Shown: piece after piece, positions 36,316 through 46,345 of the stretch | Layout: each line of letters opens with the position of its first letter | Numbering within the stretch: position 1 is the stretch's first letter | Sequence record: NC_054918.1 | Length of the DNA: 64,000 nucleotides | Direction: 5' to 3' (one strand) | Source of the DNA: Escherichia phage vB_EcoM_G4498 | The notes under the pieces: model-generated | Seen by the model: the letters and a program-made list of their open reading frames with translations, nothing else | Databases searched by the model: none | What the model was told of the DNA's origin: nothing | Made by a program: the position numbers and the translations under genes

Positions 36316-37515
36316 TTTTGTAATAATGTCAAACTGTTCTTTAAAACAGAAGCTTGAATCTTGGTGCTGATACAAAAATTCATATGCTTTTTCTCGCTCA
36401 CGGTCATAAAGAGCTCGGTCAGATGACAGTTCTTTAATACGTTCAAACGCTGATTCCATATCATTTTCATCAAACCAAATGATACCGCTATCATGCGAGG
36501 TCAAAGGAGTATTATCAACACGGAATTTTAAATTTTCGCCAGTAGATTTCCAAAATACCGGAATTGTTCCACATGCACCAAGCTCGAGATGAGTATATTC
36601 TAAAGAGCGCTGTAGATATTTTTTATCCAACTTACTCAACTGATAACCAAATCCGGATTTACTCATACGTTCAAGCATTTCGCTATTTACATAACGATCG
36701 AGAATTTGCGTTGGTAAATTAGGAGCAATTTTAATTTGGTCTACTTGATGAAGACGATAATACTCGTATGGAATTCCTTTTTCTTTAATAGGAATGAACG
36801 CTGGAGAACGTTCCAGACCTTCCATAATAGTACTTAGTCCTGCAGGTTTAAGATGTTTTTCGTGAAAATCAAACATCTGATAAAAACCTTTCCATGTAGT
36901 CGTACGACCAATCCAACGGTTGACATTCATGTTAATTTCAGAAACATCTTTCCAGTAGGTTGACCGAACCTTCGCAATATCCATAGGAGGCTGAAAGTTA
37001 TATACGGTCGGCGCTTCTTCAATATCATCAAACAGAGAAACAGTTTCTGGATACCATTCTTTCATCAGAACTTTATTAAAATCACCATTATCAGAATGGC
37101 TAAAAATAACATCAGCTCGACGAACAGTTTCTTCTAATCCCAAATTTCGACGCAAAGAAAGAGAAGAATGGTCATGTTGATAAACTACAACACGAACCGA
37201 AGGTTTAATGTTATCAATAATTTTTTTATAGTTATTAATAGTGTCTTCTTCAACTGAAGTAGCAGGAACTGAATTGATAATTAGAATATCACAATCATTT
37301 ACCAGCTTAAGTGTTTTATCGTATTCTTTTGCCAATAAAACCGGAATTGAAAATGATTTATAATCATGCGCACAGTTACGAGTAAATGATTTATCTTTGG
37401 CATAAACCAAAGTTACTTCATGACCATTTTTAATAAACCAATCACGTTGCTCGAGTGAGAATTTTGTTACACCACAACCTTCAAGACCTCGAGCCATAAA
37501 AATACATACTTTCAT
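36313..37515 (-). CDS. a-gt: DNA alpha-glucosyltransferase
   Basis: 400 aa (T4 a-gt length); N-terminus M-K/R-x-CIFMARGLEGCGVTKFSLEQRDWF as remembered. Confidence 0.85.
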   Translation of the reverse strand: MKVCIFMARGLEGCGVTKFSLEQRDWFIKNGHEVTLVYAKDKSFTRNCAHDYKSFSIPVLLAKEYDKTLKLVNDCDILIINSVPATSVEEDTINNYKKIIDNIKPSVRVVVYQHDHSSLSLRRNLGLEETVRRADVIFSHSDNGDFNKVLMKEWYPETVSLFDDIEEAPTVYNFQPPMDIAKVRSTYWKDVSEINMNVNRWIGRTTTWKGFYQMFDFHEKHLKPAGLSTIMEGLERSPAFIPIKEKGIPYEYYRLHQVDQIKIAPNLPTQILDRYVNSEMLERMSKSGFGYQLSKLDKKYLQRSLEYTHLELGACGTIPVFWKSTGENLKFRVDNTPLTSHDSGIIWFDENDMESAFERIKELSSDRALYDREREKAYEFLYQHQDSSFCFKEQFDIITK

Positions 37516-37527
37516 TTAATATCCTCT

Positions 37528-37556
37528 TTGTTTTGGTTTATTTTACCAAAAATTTA
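37528..37556 (-). promoter_or_regulatory. MotA-dependent middle promoter for a-gt
   Basis: Minus strand TGCTTTA - 11 bp - TAAAAT. Confidence 0.5.
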
Positions 37557-37566
37557 TAAAGCAATA

Positions 37567-37584
37567 TAGGAGCCGAAGCTCCTA
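37567..37584 (-). terminator. hairpin TAGGAGC-cgaa-GCTCCTA
   Basis: Perfect 7-bp stem with tetraloop; overlaps the stop of the small ORF below. Confidence 0.5.
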
Positions 37585-37698
37585 TCCGCATAATACGCCA
37601 TACAAAGGCTCATTAGAACTTCTAAATTTTATGCGCTTATATGTTATAGTTCCTTCTGCTTTAGCTTTATCATAAGACTCTTTAAAGCGTCTCATCAT
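37582..37698 (-). CDS. small ORF (38 aa), not in ORF track
   Basis: ATGATG start with SD AAGAGGAA; translation MMRRFKESYDKAKAEGTITYKRIKFRSSNEPLYGVLCG. Confidence 0.35.
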   Translation of the reverse strand: MMRRFKESYDKAKAEGTITYKRIKFRSSNEPLYGVLCG

Positions 37699-37758
37699 TT
37701 CCTCTTTAGAGGAACGAATTTTATTATAATCTATTTCAGAAGTCTGGATGTTCATCTT

Positions 37759-37965
37759 TCATAACTGCCACCATTTTTTGACTTGATAAGAATCAACCCA
37801 CACTTTCATATTAGGGTCTGCTCTTACAATAGGAGGATTAACTTCTTTAATTGAACTATCATGGTATTCTTTTTCAGAAATTTTCACACAAAGATGACCA
37901 TTCAAAGATTCAGTAAATCCTGCATTAATTTTAAGACGCTTGAATTTTACGTGTGTAAGCATCAA
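37759..37965 (-). CDS. small hypothetical protein
   Basis: 68-aa ORF. Confidence 0.4.
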   Translation of the reverse strand: MMLTHVKFKRLKINAGFTESLNGHLCVKISEKEYHDSSIKEVNPPIVRADPNMKVWVDSYQVKKWWQL

Positions 37966-38248
37966 TCATATCCTCAATTTGCGATCTAGTAGTCTTCCAA
38001 AGAATACTGATGAGTTCATCGTTATATGGCTGTTTTAGAATATCCCGACTTTTCTTGATAGCATATTCGTATTGAGCAAAATTATTATTTTCAGCCGCAA
38101 TCTGAGCATGCTTATAAAGACGATTCAGTTCGCGTTTGTTTTTAGACAATAACTTATTTGCTTTTCTTTCTGCTTCAAGACGGTTCTTTTCTTCAATAGA
38201 AGAAATAAGCTTTTCCACTTCATCATTAATTTCGGGTTTATCAATCAT
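37931..38248 (-). CDS. small hypothetical protein (coiled-coil)
   Basis: 105-aa ORF. Confidence 0.45.
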   Translation of the reverse strand: MIDKPEINDEVEKLISSIEEKNRLEAERKANKLLSKNKRELNRLYKHAQIAAENNNFAQYEYAIKKSRDILKQPYNDELISILWKTTRSQIEDMIDAYTRKIQAS

Positions 38249-38249
38249 A

Positions 38250-38468
38250 TTATTTCTCTAATATAAAATAAAAATCATCATCTGTTAAATGATACCTGTA
38301 ATTTAATTCTACACCATTAGATTTAAAAGCGGTATCATACGGATTTTCTGGATCAATATCAATGTCAAGAGCTAAAACTTCCCTGAGATACATTTTAAGT
38401 AAATAGGGAATAGCTTCAACTTCAGGTATTTCTTCCAAGAATCCGGAGAGGTTAATCGTTAGCCTCAT
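38250..38468 (-). CDS. small hypothetical protein
   Basis: 72-aa ORF. Confidence 0.45.
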
Positions 38469-39009
38469 ATAAAAAATCCAAACTAGGAGAATCGTCTACA
38501 ACACTTTTCTTTTCAGCCCCCGGTGTTCTATAGGTTGATTCTTCGTAATGCGTCATTTTATCATAGATGTCTTGAATAAAAGTTTCATCTACTAACGCAA
38601 CCATATCGTCGTCACGGCTGTCATAGACATTGTGAACGAAGTAACTATATTTCTTTGCAACTTCCTTACGTTCTTTTTTAATACGTTGGACGAATGCATT
38701 AAAACAAGCTTGAGTTATATATGCATGTGGGTTTTTATATTTCGTTTCATCAAAATTGTGAAGCCCCTTAATAGAAGCTTCTATACCATCTGCAATCATT
38801 TCTTGTTTCCAAGACTGGGTGTATCCTGAAAAGTTGAAACGTTTAGATAAGCCTTCTGCAATAAGCATAATGGCTAATCCGATAGTATCATTCTGACGAA
38901 CTACTTTATTTGGGTCTTTATTATTTGCTAATTCTGTTTTCCAATCAATAATAGCCTGTAAAAGCTCTTTATTGTTTACGTAATTATATTTAGGCTTAGT
39001 TTCTGACAT
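38452..39009 (-). CDS. 55: late-transcription sigma factor
   Basis: Start at [24 protein letters not shown] (ATG 39009) gives 185 aa as in T4 gp55; ORF track adds 2 residues. Confidence 0.85.
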
Positions 39010-39087
39010 TTTCACCTCTTAGCTCAATTCATAGATCTATTATATCATAATATTTGAAGATCTATCTTAAAGCATAGAGGATATCAG

Positions 39088-39357
39088 TTATCTAAGTAAG
39101 CAGTATGCTTGGAACACTTTCTCCATCATCTTTTTAAATTCATGAATATCTATATAATGACTAGTTAAATCAGCATGATATAAAAAGTCTAAAAACTTTT
39201 CATGTGTGCTAACATATTCACTTTCATTTAATTCAGAAACATGACTTTCCCAATATCCAACACCAGTCTTATTTGGGAAAAATGAAATTTTCATATATTG
39301 GTCAACATAGAAAATGCCATAATTTTCAATAGTAATAGAAATATTAATAAATTTCAT
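39088..39357 (-). CDS. small hypothetical protein
   Basis: 89-aa ORF. Confidence 0.45.
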   Translation of the reverse strand: MKFINISITIENYGIFYVDQYMKISFFPNKTGVGYWESHVSELNESEYVSTHEKFLDFLYHADLTSHYIDIHEFKKMMEKVFQAYCLLR

Positions 39358-39569
39358 ACATTCATCAACTTAGCCGCTTCGAGAGCTGCATCTAGTGAAT
39401 CAAATTGGTCAACATATTCAATCAATTCGCCGTAATTAGCATATAACCACCATTGGCTAAATTCATACTCAAGGATGAATCCGTTTCCTTCAATTTGAGT
39501 TAAACCAATGCCATTTGTATTTACTTCATATCCAGCAAGACGCAAATCGTTAATAAGAGCTTCGTTCAT
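39354..39569 (-). CDS. small hypothetical protein
   Basis: 71-aa ORF. Confidence 0.45.
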   Translation of the reverse strand: MNEALINDLRLAGYEVNTNGIGLTQIEGNGFILEYEFSQWWLYANYGELIEYVDQFDSLDAALEAAKLMNV

Positions 39570-39571
39570 AA

Positions 39572-39898
39572 TTATACCTTAGCAATTTTCAGGTCTGCAA
39601 ATTTTTTCTTGCGTTGATTTTTCATGCGACGAATAGTTTTATCGGAAATTTCATGCTTTTGATAAGCTTTAGATTCTACACCAAAAGCTTTAACATCAAA
39701 TTCTGACAAGATATATTGAACCAACAATTCACGGACAGTATTGCGTCCAATCTTCTGATCATTCTGTTTCATCGTCTGATGAAGCTCTTTTTCCCATTTA
39801 TCCAAAATTTGAGGAGTTACAATATCGCCTTTTTCTAGCAAAGAAACTACTTTATCGTATGCGTAAGAATTGATGGCGTTTTTAATTTGAATAGTCAT
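39572..39898 (-). CDS. small hypothetical protein
   Basis: 108-aa ORF; SD GAGGATAAT. Confidence 0.5.
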   Translation of the reverse strand: MTIQIKNAINSYAYDKVVSLLEKGDIVTPQILDKWEKELHQTMKQNDQKIGRNTVRELLVQYILSEFDVKAFGVESKAYQKHEISDKTIRRMKNQRKKKFADLKIAKV

Positions 39899-39937
39899 AC
39901 ATTATCCTCAATTGCGTTAAAATTTTATTATCCAAAA

Positions 39938-39953
39938 AGGGCCGAAGCCCTTA
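39938..39953 (-). terminator. hairpin AAGGGC-cgaa-GCCCTT
   Basis: GC stem with tetraloop, flanked by A/U runs. Confidence 0.5.
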
Positions 39954-40151
39954 GCTAAACTTTTTGGCACCCTTCCAGCCTTCATACATCATTGCGGCTG
40001 ATATTAATATTGCTCCTGAGCAACTTGAATATTTGTGATTCCAAAACCAGTTTAGAAAAACTTCGTCATCAATACCTTGTGCTATCATATTTTCAAAGAA
40101 CTGACGACGAGCTTCGGCAATTCGCTGCGATAATTTAGATTCAGGATTCAT
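39951..40151 (-). CDS. small hypothetical protein
   Basis: 66-aa ORF. Confidence 0.45.
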   Translation of the reverse strand: MNPESKLSQRIAEARRQFFENMIAQGIDDEVFLNWFWNHKYSSCSGAILISAAMMYEGWKGAKKFS

Positions 40152-40283
40152 TTAAATTTTCCAATTACCGTTTTCATCAATGAATTTAATCCAGTCATTT
40201 ACTGACCACTTAGTTGTATCGCCTTTTGGAGTAACATTTAAAGTATATAGCCCTTGCTTAAAAAGCATTCGTTTGATATTCAT
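40152..40283 (-). CDS. small hypothetical protein
   Basis: Track ORF 40152-40367; ATG at 40283 with SD GAGGAAAAT (MNIKRMLFKQ...) avoids the overlap; start uncertain. Confidence 0.35.
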   Translation of the reverse strand: MNIKRMLFKQGLYTLNVTPKGDTTKWSVNDWIKFIDENGNWKI

Positions 40284-40290
40284 ATTTTCC

Positions 40291-40584
40291 TCAGCTGTAA
40301 CGATAACACTCGTTTGATTTACGTTTAGCAACTCGTTGAGAAGTATTATAATCAAAATCATCGTCAATGTAAACTGATTTTTTCAACTTTCTTACTTCAC
40401 CACGTAATTGGCGATTTAGCTCATCTTTAACTTCTGAATCAATACCTTTCATTCTACGCCATTTATCTGAGCGAAAAATGTTTTCAACCATATCTTTATG
40501 ACTTACACCATCAGGAGCTTTACGCTTTCCGAAATAGTCATAATCACGTACTTTTAAATCTTTACGACGATACGTTTTACCCAT
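40291..40584 (-). CDS. small basic hypothetical protein
   Basis: Track ORF 40291-40629 has a GTG start overlapping its neighbour; ATG at 40584 is an alternative; start uncertain. Confidence 0.4.
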   Translation of the reverse strand: MGKTYRRKDLKVRDYDYFGKRKAPDGVSHKDMVENIFRSDKWRRMKGIDSEVKDELNRQLRGEVRKLKKSVYIDDDFDYNTSQRVAKRKSNECYRYS

Positions 40585-40759
40585 GGAGTTTAATTTCCTT
40601 AGCAACTGAACTAAATACAGCACGGTCACAAATCATGTGTTTATGTAACTTAAGTATAAGATAATAAACATCATAACCATTTACGTAAGTAACGCGAACA
40701 GCATTACCATTAATAAGATAATACTGTCCCTTTTTAATTTCTTTATCAATCATAACCAT
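40577..40759 (-). CDS. small hypothetical protein
   Basis: 60 aa; SD GAGGAA; downstream of an early promoter. Confidence 0.5.
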   Translation of the reverse strand: MVMIDKEIKKGQYYLINGNAVRVTYVNGYDVYYLILKLHKHMICDRAVFSSVAKEIKLHG

Positions 40760-40786
40760 ATCAATTCCTCAAAGGCAATTCATGTG

Positions 40787-40821
40787 TTAATAATACCACA
40801 GTTTGAGCTCGCTGTAAACAA
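40787..40821 (-). promoter_or_regulatory. early promoter
   Basis: Minus strand GTTTACA-N17-TGGTATTAT with an A/T-rich UP region. Confidence 0.65.
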
Positions 40822-40900
40822 CTTTGTGAAAAATATTTTAGGGAATGATAAGAAAGGAACGATAGCTTAGAATGGTAATATACAGAATGTGAGAAAGAAA

Positions 40901-40914
40901 GGCCCAGAGGGCCC
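40901..40914 (-). terminator. GGCCC-aga-GGGCC hairpin after the nrdH-like gene
   Basis: Short GC hairpin flanked by A/U-rich sequence. Confidence 0.4.
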
Positions 40915-40917
40915 GTC

Positions 40918-41226
40918 TTAATCTTCTATGATATCTCTATCATATCCAAGTGAAATGAGAGTTTCTTTGAAGTGTTTAATGTTCTTTTGTCTAGAATCAT
41001 TAATGAAAATGACTGGATAACGAATGTTAAGAGATGTGAATCCAGCTCGTTTAGCAAGAGATACAATCAGTGGACGATCATACTCAATCTTACCATTATT
41101 TGTAAGAACTTTATAGAAAGTAAAAGGAGCATTGAGCTCCTTTAGAAGTTTTGTAACTGATTGACATCCAGGACAACGACCTACTTCATCTGGAATTCCA
41201 TAGACTTCAATCTTATTTTGTTTCAC
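40918..41226 (-). CDS. nrdH: glutaredoxin-like protein (NrdH-like redoxin)
   Basis: 102 aa with CPGC redox motif near the N-terminus. Confidence 0.6.
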   Translation of the reverse strand: MKQNKIEVYGIPDEVGRCPGCQSVTKLLKELNAPFTFYKVLTNNGKIEYDRPLIVSLAKRAGFTSLNIRYPVIFINDSRQKNIKHFKETLISLGYDRDIIED

Positions 41227-41228
41227 AA

Positions 41229-41441
41229 CTATTCCTTACTAAGAGCAGCATTCAGCTTGTTAGTAATTTTATCCAGACGCTCATTGAACTCACTAGAAGA
41301 TAATCCCTTTTCTGGAGAAATCAAACTAATCACGAAAAATATAGCAATAAAAGGAATAAGGAAAATAGCTCCAACTGCCATAAACAGAAAGAATGTTACA
41401 GTTGTAAGAAAATCAGCTAAACCTTTACGAAATTTATACAT
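41229..41441 (-). CDS. small membrane protein
   Basis: 70 aa with one long hydrophobic segment. Confidence 0.5.
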   Translation of the reverse strand: MYKFRKGLADFLTTVTFFLFMAVGAIFLIPFIAIFFVISLISPEKGLSSSEFNERLDKITNKLNAALSKE

Positions 41442-41556
41442 ATTTTACCCTTAATTAATTAACCAAGCATTGATAAGCACTAAACTATACTGCGAATAAA
41501 ATTCTGGACCAAAATGAAAAATCATATCATTTATAGTATCCATAATGTAATTCAAT

Positions 41557-42027
41557 TTAATCATGTTTCCACACCCCATCGGTATTTGACCAAAGTCGCT
41601 GATTATCTGATCCTCGCCACAGCTTTTTAGTCGGAAGATTTTTCTCATACTTCCCATCAATAATAACATCAACATATTTAAGCATTTCTAGTTGTTTAAT
41701 ATCTTCAAACTTATATCCTGTCCACAACCAAATGCTTTTATTGGGATAAAGATTTTTTACTGTTTGAACAATGCAATGAATAACATCTCGATTGTCAGGA
41801 TAGAGAGGGTCTCCTCCAGTTATAGTTAATCCTTCTATATAATCATTATTCAAACATTCAATCAATTGTTCTAGTGTTTCACCAGTGAATGGAATACCAT
41901 TTCTAGCATTCCATGTTGATTTATTATAACACCCTTCACATTTATGCAAACAACCTGTAACGAAAAGAACGACCCTGCAACCAGGGCCATTCACAAAATC
42001 GCAAGGATAAAATCTATCATAATTCAT
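41557..42027 (-). CDS. nrdG: anaerobic ribonucleotide reductase activating protein (radical SAM)
   Basis: 156 aa; CxxxCxxC cluster (GCLHKCEGCYN). Confidence 0.85.
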   Translation of the reverse strand: MNYDRFYPCDFVNGPGCRVVLFVTGCLHKCEGCYNKSTWNARNGIPFTGETLEQLIECLNNDYIEGLTITGGDPLYPDNRDVIHCIVQTVKNLYPNKSIWLWTGYKFEDIKQLEMLKYVDVIIDGKYEKNLPTKKLWRGSDNQRLWSNTDGVWKHD

Positions 42028-43841
42028 TGGTGCTTAACCCTATGCATGATTTCTTTATTTTTACCGAGATTAAATCCGCGTTCGTTCGGATTTCCCAAAT
42101 AACCGCATGTTCTTCTTATGGTATTCATCTTTTTAGGATCAGTTTCTCCACAAATAGAACAAACAAATCCGTTTTCAGTAGGAATCATTTCATGGGTACT
42201 TCCGCATGTAAAACATTTATCTACTGGCATATTAACACCAAAATAATCTAAATGTTGTGCAGCATAATCCCATACAGCCTCAAGACCTTTTAGGTTATTT
42301 TTCATATCAGGAAGTTCAACATAAGAAATGTGACCACCTGTCGCAATGAAATGATATGGCGCTTCACGAGAAATCTTTTCAAACGGAGTAATATTTTCTT
42401 CTACTGAAACGTGGAAACTGTTAGTGTACCAGCCTTTATCGGTAACATCTTTTACACTTCCATATTTTTCTGTATCAAGTTTACAGAAGCGGTAACAAAG
42501 GTTTTCAGCAGGAGTCGAATATAAACTAAAAGCAAATCCGGTTCTTTCAGTCCACTGTTTAAGATGAGCATTCATTTTAGTTAAAATTTCTTGTCCAATA
42601 TCACGACCGACAAGAATATTCAATTCGTGAATACCAATGTATCCCAAAGACACTGAACTTCTGCCGTTTTTAAATAACTCAATTATATCGTCATCAGGTT
42701 TAAGACGAACCCCGAATGCACCTTCTTGGTAAAGAATAGGAGCAACAGTCGCTTTAACTCCTTTTAAGGAACTAATTCTACACATCAAAGCTTCAAAACA
42801 CAGATCCATTCGTTCATTAAATAGCTCAACAAATTTCTGCTCATTGAATTGAGTTCCAATATAAGAATCTAATGCGATGCGAGGAAGATTCAATGTTACA
42901 ACACCAAGATTATTACGTCCATCAAGAATTTCATTACCGGTTGAATCTTTCCACACACTCAAAAAACTGCGGCAACCCATTGGAGAAACAGGAATAGATG
43001 AACCGGTGATAGCTTTGTTATTCTTAGCCGAAATGATGTCAGGATACATTCTTTTGCTTGCACACTCTAAAGCAAGCTGTTTAATATCATAGTTAGGATC
43101 GTCTTTATAAAGATTAACACCTTCTTCAACGAACATAACAAGCTTAGGGAAAATAGGAGTTATCCCATCACGACCAAGACCTTTAATACGATTTTTCAGA
43201 ATTGCTTTCTGAATCATTCGTTCAGTCCAGTCAGTTCCTGTACCAAATGTAATTGTTACAAAAGGTGTTTGTCCGTTTGAACTAAAGAGAGTATTTACTT
43301 CATATTCATAAGCTTGGAATGCATCGTATACATCTTTTTCTGTTTTAGATTGAGCATAATTTAACGCATCAGCGATTTGCCATTTTTCTGCATCCTCAAT
43401 ATGTTTTGCATAGGTGCGTTTAACATAAGGAGAAAGTACTTTATCTACATTAGCAAAAGTCGTTCCGCCGTATTGATGGGAAGCAACCTGTGCAGTAATT
43501 TGTGCCATAATTGCAGTAGCAACACCGATTGATTTAGGAGTTTCAATCTGTGCATTACCAAGCTTAAATCCATTCTCAAGCATTCCTTTTAAATCTACTA
43601 AACAACAATTAGTAAATGGAAGAGCAGGGGAATAATCAATATCGTGGAAATGGATAATTCCGCTTTCATGCGCTTTCATAATAAAAGACGGGACCATATT
43701 TTTGGCAATGTGTTTAGACACAATACCAGCCATAAGGTCCCGTTGAGTTGGAAAAACACGAGAATCTTTATTAGCATTCTCATTCAAAAGGTCTTTATTA
43801 GTTTTATGAATCAATCCTTCAATTTCTTTTTCAATTGTCAT
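42024..43841 (-). CDS. nrdD: anaerobic ribonucleoside-triphosphate reductase (glycyl radical enzyme), uninterrupted
   Basis: 605 aa; C-terminal Zn ribbon CFTCG...CSICG and glycyl-radical motif RRTCGYLG. Confidence 0.9.
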   Translation of the reverse strand: MTIEKEIEGLIHKTNKDLLNENANKDSRVFPTQRDLMAGIVSKHIAKNMVPSFIMKAHESGIIHFHDIDYSPALPFTNCCLVDLKGMLENGFKLGNAQIETPKSIGVATAIMAQITAQVASHQYGGTTFANVDKVLSPYVKRTYAKHIEDAEKWQIADALNYAQSKTEKDVYDAFQAYEYEVNTLFSSNGQTPFVTITFGTGTDWTERMIQKAILKNRIKGLGRDGITPIFPKLVMFVEEGVNLYKDDPNYDIKQLALECASKRMYPDIISAKNNKAITGSSIPVSPMGCRSFLSVWKDSTGNEILDGRNNLGVVTLNLPRIALDSYIGTQFNEQKFVELFNERMDLCFEALMCRISSLKGVKATVAPILYQEGAFGVRLKPDDDIIELFKNGRSSVSLGYIGIHELNILVGRDIGQEILTKMNAHLKQWTERTGFAFSLYSTPAENLCYRFCKLDTEKYGSVKDVTDKGWYTNSFHVSVEENITPFEKISREAPYHFIATGGHISYVELPDMKNNLKGLEAVWDYAAQHLDYFGVNMPVDKCFTCGSTHEMIPTENGFVCSICGETDPKKMNTIRRTCGYLGNPNERGFNLGKNKEIMHRVKHQ

Positions 43842-44311
43842 TTTAAACTCTTTCTAAGCTGCTTCTTAAATGAAGCTATTAACTGTGTTTTAGTGTCAGA
43901 TTCATTATATTCAAATCCTCTTTGAAGCATCTCAGCCATCATTTCCTCTTTTCCTAAACGAGAAAATTCCTTTGATTTATCTCCAACAAAGTTAGGGTGA
44001 ATATTATTTTGGGTGTAATCGGATTTTAAGTAAGTAAGTAAATTTTCTAACCATTCAAGATAATCAACACCTTGTCCCTTTAAGCCAGAACGATTAAATT
44101 TATGCTTCATTTGACCTTCTGCGGCATTGCATAGATTACAAAGCAATCCACGCACCTTTCCTGCTTTTGGTCCATTTAATTCATGGTCATGGTCGAGGTG
44201 ATTAGCTTGAACATCAGGATTTAGTTCTCGTTGGCAAATTAAGCATTTACCGTTTTGTGCATTATAAAATTTTTGTTTTTCTTCTTTATATAATTTGCCA
44301 GTCAATAACAT
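43838..44311 (-). CDS. 49: endonuclease VII (Holliday junction resolvase)
   Basis: 157 aa MLLTGKLYKEEKQKFYNAQNGKCLICQ...; matches remembered T4 gp49. Confidence 0.85.
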   Translation of the reverse strand: MLLTGKLYKEEKQKFYNAQNGKCLICQRELNPDVQANHLDHDHELNGPKAGKVRGLLCNLCNAAEGQMKHKFNRSGLKGQGVDYLEWLENLLTYLKSDYTQNNIHPNFVGDKSKEFSRLGKEEMMAEMLQRGFEYNESDTKTQLIASFKKQLRKSLK

Positions 44312-44353
44312 AATAAAACCCTTACCTTAAATAGATAAGGGTATTTATTATTT

Positions 44354-44857
44354 TCAAGTATTGTAAAACATTTGATGCAATCGCTTATATTGCTGAATCA
44401 TTCGGTCAGAAAAAGAAATTTGAGTTTCAAGCCATTCAATGTATTCTGCAGCAGCTTGCATCAGGTTACCTTCATAGCCATCGTTATTTTCTTGTGCAGC
44501 TAATTTAGCTAATGCGTATGAAATACGTTCACCTTGAAAATCGGCTTTAGGCTTCTGAACAACTTGATTAGTTCGCTCTACAACTTCTTCAATTTCGCCA
44601 TTTTCGACTGATTCAGTATTCCACAAACACCAATACGTAATTGGCTTATCGTAGATGTTAATAATCTTTCCGTCGGAAAGTTCAATTTCAATAATTCCAG
44701 TATCAGGTTCTATATCATCTTCGCATTCTTTTGCAAGTTCACGAACTTTAAAGACAGTACCTGCACTAAGTTCCGGCCAGTAATTACACAGCCCTGTATC
44801 AGCACGATTAATTCTAAACCACTTATCTACTGTAATCATGTCCCATCTCCATATCAA
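44354..44857 (-). CDS. hypothetical protein (possibly pin-equivalent)
   Basis: 167-aa ORF next to gene 49; assignment by position only. Confidence 0.4.
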   Translation of the reverse strand: MIWRWDMITVDKWFRINRADTGLCNYWPELSAGTVFKVRELAKECEDDIEPDTGIIEIELSDGKIINIYDKPITYWCLWNTESVENGEIEEVVERTNQVVQKPKADFQGERISYALAKLAAQENNDGYEGNLMQAAAEYIEWLETQISFSDRMIQQYKRLHQMFYNT

Positions 44858-44962
44858 TTAAATCATTTATCGTTGGTTCATTATATACTGTTTCTTCATC
44901 AGTGTAAACCGGTTCTTCCGACTCTGGCTCTACAGTTTCCCATCTAGCCGCCCACCAAGGTT

Positions 44963-45283
44963 TTATAGCGTAATCCATTCTCGTACTGTCTGAGTTACTA
45001 CACGTTCTCGAAGCTCGACTAGTTCAACAGTCGGAACTGCATAATACCAGTCAGAATGATAAGAACCCGAACGGCATTCATTTACGGAAACATGTACGTT
45101 ATGTTTTGGACTAAAATAAACACACTGACGATATTGACATTTGCCGTCTTGCACCCAGTCTTCTATTTCGACAGGTTTAAGATAATCGGAAAAATCGAAA
45201 TCATAGTTTTCTGAAAATGCATCATGGTCTTCAATGATTTCACTCAGAACTGCATCAACATCTAATTTATTTTCAGTATTCAT
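44963..45283 (-). CDS. hypothetical protein
   Basis: 106-aa ORF. Confidence 0.45.
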   Translation of the reverse strand: MNTENKLDVDAVLSEIIEDHDAFSENYDFDFSDYLKPVEIEDWVQDGKCQYRQCVYFSPKHNVHVSVNECRSGSYHSDWYYAVPTVELVELRERVVTQTVREWITL

Positions 45284-45293
45284 TTTTCACCAA

Positions 45294-45503
45294 TTAATTT
45301 CGCAATTTATTAAGTTCTTCATAATCAATCCAGGATTCTAATCCTGATGGCAAATCAGATTCAATTTCCCAAAGAAGTTCTTCAATTTTATGAAGACGAT
45401 CTAGTTCTTCAGCAGGAATAGTAACCACTGACGGAGCTCTTGCTACATTAATATCGTAAATCATATTTACCCCAGTTTGACCATACAATCGCCGTATTTC
45501 CAC
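45294..45503 (-). CDS. small hypothetical protein
   Basis: 69-aa ORF. Confidence 0.4.
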   Translation of the reverse strand: MEIRRLYGQTGVNMIYDINVARAPSVVTIPAEELDRLHKIEELLWEIESDLPSGLESWIDYEELNKLRN

Positions 45504-45682
45504 TTAGAAATAGACTTTTCACCATTAGAATAATAAACTTCAAGTTTAGCACGATTATTTTTAATTTGAATAACCTTTGCTGCCATCAAAGTTCCATACC
45601 CATAATAAACTGCAACTTCATCACCTACATATACCGCGCTTCCGCGGTAATCGTGAATATAGTCAGTTCCTTCGAGCATCAT
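45467..45682 (-). CDS. small hypothetical protein
   Basis: 71-aa ORF. Confidence 0.4.
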   Translation of the reverse strand: MMLEGTDYIHDYRGSAVYVGDEVAVYYGYGTLMAAKVIQIKNNRAKLEVYYSNGEKSISKWKYGDCMVKLG

Positions 45683-45942
45683 TTAAAATATTCTCGCAGT
45701 TGGTCAAATCCACCAATATGACTTCCATCAGGAGCAAATACCTGGGGCATTGTCAAGCCGATTTGAGTATCACGACCTAATTTAGTCAGAAGCTCAGCGA
45801 TTTTCTCATCATCAAAAACACCTTTTTCCGGCATAATGTTGATAAATTCAAACGGCTGTTTCTTCACGATCAAAAGACGTTTTGCATTATCGCAATACAC
45901 ACATTTATGAATGTTACTATCATAACCATATACTTTAAACAT
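45679..45942 (-). CDS. nrdC: thioredoxin/glutaredoxin (RNR reductant)
   Basis: 87 aa (T4 NrdC length); CVYC active site. Confidence 0.85.
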   Translation of the reverse strand: MFKVYGYDSNIHKCVYCDNAKRLLIVKKQPFEFINIMPEKGVFDDEKIAELLTKLGRDTQIGLTMPQVFAPDGSHIGGFDQLREYFK

Positions 45943-45943
45943 A

Positions 45944-46345
45944 TTATTCCTTAATTCCTAGTACTTGTTTAAAAGTCTCGTCGTAATCAAGACTTTGGCC
46001 CGTTTGTTCTTTATGTTTGTATATAATATCACTTACTTCTGATAGCATATTTTTATATGAACGAGTTAAAGCAGATTTAAGCACGCTGTATCTATCAGGA
46101 AATTTACCATGTTCATTATAATAAGCTATTGCTAATTCACGGACTGCCTTTTCAGCAGCCTCCATATATTCTTTACGCTTGGTCATTTTCTTCTCGGTCA
46201 AATCGGTGTTTACAATGGCGACATTTATAACGAAGATTACTAGTCTGCCAATGGACCAATTGCACCTGTTCAGTTCCACATTCAGGGCAATTAGGAACGT
46301 TTTTAGAAGCACGTTCGCGACGTTCAACCATAACCATAATGGCAT
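45944..46345 (-). CDS. hypothetical protein (start uncertain)
   Basis: ORF track gives 133 aa but its 5' part overlaps the next gene; an internal Met ([13 protein letters not shown]...) is the likely start. Confidence 0.4.
   Translation of the reverse strand: MPLWLWLNVANVLLKTFLIALNVELNRCNWSIGRLVIFVINVAIVNTDLTEKKMTKRKEYMEAAEKAVRELAIAYYNEHGKFPDRYSVLKSALTRSYKNMLSEVSDIIYKHKEQTGQSLDYDETFKQVLGIKE

Noticed and set aside
36273-36494. 73-aa minus-strand ORF overlapping the 3' end of a-gt in another frame
   Set aside because: Fully embedded in the a-gt coding region on the same strand with no independent start signals; likely spurious.
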